From Squatina squatina (taxonomy: Eukaryota): a stretch of 37,883 nt of DNA. Made by a program: the position numbers and the translations under genes. This document shows positions 32,609-37,883 of this stretch, one piece after another. Numbering within the stretch: position 1 is the first letter of the stretch; the number at the start of each line of letters is the position of its first letter. The notes beneath the pieces are model-generated. The model was given only the letters and a program-made list of their open reading frames with translations. It was not told the DNA's origin and searched no databases. The stretch is taken from positions 10,589,084-10,626,966 of the forward strand of contig JARFOE010000046.1 in assembly GCA_031763465.1 (NCBI GenBank), given 5' to 3'.

Positions 32609-34994
32609 GGTTGTCTTCCCATAATTGCTCAACTTCTGATTTGAGTTATGCTATCTCCATCACACGTATGATACTCAACAGCTTCCTGTGCAACATCTGG
32701 AGCATCTCATTGTTTTTAAATGGTAAATGTTGCAGTTGCTAAGATTTTCCAAAACGATTTACAACTTTTAAGGAGCAAATAGTGTTAGAAGCTCCTTATT
32801 GCAAGAGATTGCATTTGTCAAGAGCCAATTTACTAATTGCTGCAATATATGAAAATCCTTGAGTAGGTAATGCCCCCAGTACATTGGAATCAATGGGGAA
32901 CACTGCAGTGGTGATGCCTCTTGCTCCAGAGGTGGGCCCTTGACCCTTAAATAAAAAATGACAAGAATTTCTCTTCTTCTTACTCGCAGTGCTGTAACCT
33001 CCCTCAACCTGTTGCAACAAACACAACTAAAGGACATTCCATTTCTCCTCACGATGAACAAGGCAATGGGCAATACTTTAATAACAGTTATTAAAGCTTT
33101 CACTGTTTTTGCTGATATATTCAGAAGTACCATCCTCTAACCTCAAATTTTCGCAAGTGAGTATCACAGTGTGGTTTTTGTAAACGTCTGAAGCAAGCTT
33201 CGTTAATAGGAGTCAAGGAGTTAACCCATGGAGTAATCACTTGATAATTCATTTGTAACCAGGGAGTGATGATTTGTAGGTTATTCACTTTCACTCTCTG
33301 TCAGTTGCCTGAGCATCTCCGTGACGATGTAGCCAGAGAGCAGTAATTGGAGCTTTAACAAAAGAAACCTGAAGTCTGTCTTTTGCTGCAGCAGCCAGCA
33401 GCAGGCAGCTCATGTTAAAACCTCTCCTGAGTTTATACTGCCTTTTGCGATTAGATACCAGACTACCTAGCAACTGATTGGTCTTGTAACTTTTACGTGG
33501 AATGAGAACTCTCCCTATGAGCTGAGTCACTGGAGGGGGAGTGGGGGGGCGTTTGCCTGGGAATTGGTGGTAGGGGTGGCTGAGAGGCTCAGTCCTGGGC
33601 ACCGGAGGATCGTGGCTGGTTTCATTATCAACATTGAGGGGGGGTGATTGGATGCCTCGTGGGCAGTCTCCGATCACGGAGGGTGGGTTTGGTTGTGTAA
33701 GAAATGAATGCAACAGCCGCAATACAGTTATTTGCCTCCTCGCCCGGAGTCTTGCTGTGCCTCACCCCCGCAGCCCGATTGATCNNNNNNNNNNNNNNNN
33801 NNNNNNNNNNNNNNNNNNNNNNNNNNNNNNNNNNNNNNNNNNNNNNNNNNNNNNNNNNNNNNNNNNNNNNNNNNNNNNNNNNNNNNNNNNNNNNNNNNNN
33901 NNNNNNNNNNNNNNNNNNNNNNNNNNNNNTGAAGGGCAAGTTTCATAGAGGTAAAGGAGCTGAATTCTTAAGTCTGGTCACAGTAGGAACTGAATGGGTT
34001 GGAGCCAGCACAACTTAAGGTAAGAAAGCTGTGTTATAGAAACTGCTGTGAACCCTTCATATTTTTGCAGCACATTTAATTGAGATTTCAAATACAATAT
34101 TTTAATCAAAGGCTATATTATTGATATTTTGCTTTAAGTCCAATCAGTCCTTGGCGTGTGAGTTGGAATAATGCTGACCGAGGAGTAATTTGCAGAAAAG
34201 AACTGCACTAATTCTCCTCTCGCTGTATTGAGTTGCAAATATTTTCTAAGTGGGAGCCCTCGTGTTGTCATTGTATGGAGGATACCCACAGAGTTTGTGA
34301 GCGGAAATATCAGAAGCTGTGAACAGAAATATTTCGTACAGCATTAAACAAAGTGGGGGATAGTTAAAGCAAGGCACCTGTATGCTCGCTCAGAGCATTT
34401 CTCAACAAATGTCAATAAGCAGACTTTGTGGCTATAACCATTTTGCAAAAGGTTGGTATTTAAATCTCTCCCCAAAGGAATGAATAGATTTATTTTCAGA
34501 TTAAAAAACAACAATGCTGAAATAGTTGCGGCTGCAGCTGCTGTCAGACAGCTTGCATTGGCTAAGCAGTTTTTGCTTCTGAATAAAATGAGTCTTGCGT
34601 GATTCCCTGCCCCGGTGGAAGACAGATTTACTGTGCAGAAGTAAGCCCATGTGTGGCGAAACTGATACGGAATCCCCCTTTGATTTTATTGCAGTAGTAG
34701 CAGCAATACCAGTAAATTAAAAGTCTAACCTTACTCCACAGATTATGATGGTGGAAGTGATTGCAAGTGATTTTTGTCTGACAAAGCAAGGATATATTGA
34801 TCAGCTGGTATTTTCTTAATNNNNNNNNNNNNNNNNNNNNNNNNNNNNNNNNNNNNNNNNNNNNNNNNNNNNNNNNNNNNNNNNNNNNNNNNNNNNNNNN
34901 NNNNNNNNNNNNNNNNNNNNTCACCTTTTATCGCTGTGTGCTATATTGGCAAACAAACAGACTGCGCTAAATAGGAAGATTATAAACCACCAAA

Positions 34995-35463
34995 ATGGGG
35001 CTTCAGTGGCACATTTTAGTTTGCTTCATGGCAGCTCTTTTGGTGGAACAAAGCCATGAGGGACTTATTAAGAAAGTTATTAGGCAGAAGAGAGACATCT
35101 TGCAGCCAAAAGAAGAAAATATCACTTTACCACTTGGCACACAGCCTATAAACTTCAATCACGTCTACAACATCAATGTTCCTCTTGGTTCGCTTTGCTC
35201 CGTGGACTTGGAGGCCCCCGATGGCATTGCAAGACCCAAAGCTGACTCCAGTGACCAACACATAGAGCACACAGTTGATGGTGAAAATCAAATTGTCTTC
35301 ACTCACCGAATCAACATCCCACGTCAGGCCTGCGGCTGTGCGGCAGGGCCAGATATCCGTGACCTGCTCAACAGGCTGGAGGCGTTGGAAGGTCACGTGT
35401 CATTATTACGCGATCAGTGTGCTAATGGAGGATGCTGTGGAAATGGCGCACAGCAAGGAAAAG
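34995..35463 (+). CDS. TNC: Tenascin-C, first coding exon: signal peptide, tenascin assembly domain, heptad repeats
   Basis: Good Kozak context (AAAATGG) and a hydrophobic leader. Contains GLIKKVIRQKR, FNHVYNINVP..SLCSVDL, EHTVDGENQIVFTHRINIPRQACGC, the heptad IRDLLNRLEALEGHVSLLRDQC and GCC. Phase-1 donor AAG|GTATGA at 35463/35464. The upstream acceptor is unresolved because of the gap at 34821-34920. Confidence 0.93.
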
Positions 35464-35788
35464 GTATGAACTATGTGCTGTAGTTAAATAATTGTGGGTG
35501 CGCATATACAATGTCGCCAATGTATACNNNNNNNNNNNNNNNNNNNNNNNNNNNNNNNNNNNNNNNNNNNNNNNNNNNNNNNNNNNNNNNNNNNNNNNNN
35601 NNNNNNNNNNNNNNNNNNNNNNNNNNNNNNATATTTCATCTCATATCCAAATAATTTATTGTTAATAACATTTTCGGCATATTAGAACTGATATAATTAC
35701 AATGTTCAACCAGTTAAAGCCCTCCCATCTTAGCTGCATACTTTATACAAATCATGTCTTATGTAAACTAACCAACACCTTTGTTTAG

Positions 35789-37012
35789 GTCGTGTTGATG
35801 TAAAACCTTTCTGTGGTGCCAATGGAAACTACAGTACGGATACCTGTGGCTGTTTATGTAACCCAGGCTGGAAAGGAATAAATTGCACAGAACCCGACTG
35901 TCCAGAAAACTGCAATAAAAGAGGCAGGTGTGTTAACGGCAAGTGTTTGTGTGAGGAAGGTTTCACTGGTGAAGACTGTAGCATTGAAGTATCCTGCCTT
36001 AATGACTGCAGTGATCAAGGCAGATGTATAAGTGGAGTCTGTCATTGCTTTATTGGTTACACCGGAGAGGACTGTGGCCAGGAGCTGTGCCGATTTGACT
36101 GCGGTCTATACGGAACTTGTATTAATGCAGTTTGTGTCTGTCATGAAGGTTACATAGGTGAAGACTGCAGGATAAAGCTCTGTCCTAACAACTGCAGCAG
36201 CAATGGTATGTGTNNNNNNNNNNNNNNNNNNNNNNNNNNNNNNNNNNNNNNNNNNNNNNNNNNNNNNNNNNCCTGTCTTAACAACTGCTATAATCGTGGC
36301 CGCTGCGTTGATGGAGAGTGTATCTGTGATGAAGGTTTTACTGATCAAGACTGTTCAGAAATTATTTGCCCTAACGACTGTTATGACCGTGGGCGTTGTG
36401 TTGAAGGTGTATGTTACTGCGATGAAGGTTTCACTGGTGAAGATTGCGGAGAACTTGTCTGTGTAAACAACTGCAGTGACAATGGCCTCTGTGATAATGG
36501 GTATTGCATCTGTGATGAAGGTTTCACCGGAGAAGACTGCAATGAACTAGCCTGTCCAAATAATTGCAATAATGTTGGCCACTGTGTCGATGGACAATGC
36601 ATCTGTAACGAAGGTTTCACTGGTGATGACTGTGGTCAATTAGCTTGTCCAAACAACTGCAACAACCGTGGCCGCTGTGTCAGTGGTCAGTGCATCTGTG
36701 AGGAAAACTATTCCGGTGAAGACTGCGACGAACTGGCCTGTCCAAACGACTGTAATGATAATGGTCAATGTGTCAATGGTCAATGCATTTGTGATGAAGG
36801 CTTCACAGGGGAGGATTGCAGTCAACTAGCCTGTCCAAACAACTGCAGCAACCGTGGCCACTGTGTCAATGGTCAATGTGTCTGTGATCCAAATTACAGA
36901 GGTCTAGATTGTGGAGAACTGGCCTGTCCCAATAATTGCAATGATCGTGGGAGATGTGTTGATGGTCATTGTGTCTGTGATGAAGGCTACATAGAAGGAG
37001 ACTGCTCTGCCG
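35789..37012 (+). CDS. TNC: Tenascin-C, EGF-like repeat exon (12.5 repeats)
   Basis: Branch point CTAAC (35768) and acceptor TTTGTTTAG|GT, in phase with the previous exon ([20 protein letters not shown]). The exon has 31-aa tenascin EGF repeats, including the TNC-typical [11 protein letters not shown] and [12 protein letters not shown]. Donor CCG|GTAAGT at 37012/37013. Length is 1224 nt including a 58-N gap. The repeat number excludes tenascin-R and tenascin-W. Confidence 0.93.
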
Positions 37013-37883
37013 GTAAGTGATAAGAAATATTTGGTTCTACTTGGTTTGTTATAGACAAATATCTATTTCACCCAAGATCTATCTTCTATTTAAGCTCTTC
37101 TTGCATTACAGAAATTTATAAAAGTATCTACTAAAAGGAATGCGAGGCAGTATCACAATGCATTCAACTATACTCAGCTGTCTGTTATTTACAATGCAAA
37201 AGAGATCTGAATTGTGTTTTACGTGTCTAAAAATTCTAATTGCTATGGTTTCATAATATACTTTTTTAAAGCTGAAATTGAGCTCACACATCTTTACTGG
37301 GTCTTGTCCGTTCCCAGCCCATTTCGCTGTACTTTGCATTTGGATATTTTAGTGTTCAAAATACAGAAAAGAACTGTACAGGATATATATATATATTTAA
37401 ATAAATGATCCTAGGTTAAAAATCACTTAGGTAAGCAATTTAATTGCTCACTGTCTGGTTTGGAAATTTGAAAAAAAAGCTTCCATGTGAATCCAAGAGA
37501 TTTTTCCATATGTTTGATGGACCATGCCAAAATCTCTGCAGTTCACAAATACAAGTTATACACAATGGAACGAAACATGAGCTTAATCGTCTTTTGCCAT
37601 CAATTAATTTGCTGAGATAGTCAACAACTGACAAAGCAGTAGCACTGTTTATTCTCGGCGGTCATCGTGTCTGGTACATCCAGAGGTTCATGATTTAAAA
37701 TAAATAAAACAGGATCACCCTTATTTCTTTCACCATTCTTTTTGGTCTAACATATTCCCTCTTGTACCTTTTTCTCCTTTCATAACCTTACTCCTCTTTG
37801 CGCTCTGCCTATGAATGCTGCTCTGCATCAGTTGAGTAAGTATGCTTCATGGAGGGGATAACTCCTCCATGTCAATTCTTTTT

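Noticed and set aside
35464-35483. Stand-alone 162-aa secreted protein ending GMNYVL
   Set aside because: This is read-through of a consensus splice donor. The next exon continues in phase.
35947-37020. Independent 357-aa EGF protein starting at 35947
   Set aside because: The start is an internal TTG codon. The true exon begins at the acceptor at 35789, and the stop lies in the intron donor.

Overview
This is eukaryotic (vertebrate) genomic DNA from a gappy draft assembly, with many 100-N and some larger gaps. It is almost certainly a cartilaginous fish (shark), judged from repeated SacSINE1/DeuSINE-type SINEs and shark-type CR1/L2 tails. The only protein-coding gene is the 5' end of tenascin-C (+ strand). 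Its first coding exon is 34995-35463 (signal peptide, tenascin assembly domain, heptads) and its EGF-array exon is 35789-37012 (12.5 EGF-like repeats). A candidate non-coding first exon and promoter lies at about 20.5-20.9 kb. The rest is upstream or intronic DNA with SINE, CR1, L2, RTE, Penelope-like and MITE-like remnants. The most interesting non-genic signals are: a pre-tRNA-Asp/CR1-tail chimeric retrocopy (19885-20010), a minimal hammerhead ribozyme in a Penelope-like repeat (16515-16551), a perfect 33-bp-arm palindrome (31396-31463), and a degenerate tandem repeat carrying NF-kB sites in the putative first intron. Most short ORFs in the track are spurious or run through N gaps. Family assignments come from recalled consensus sequences, not database searches.
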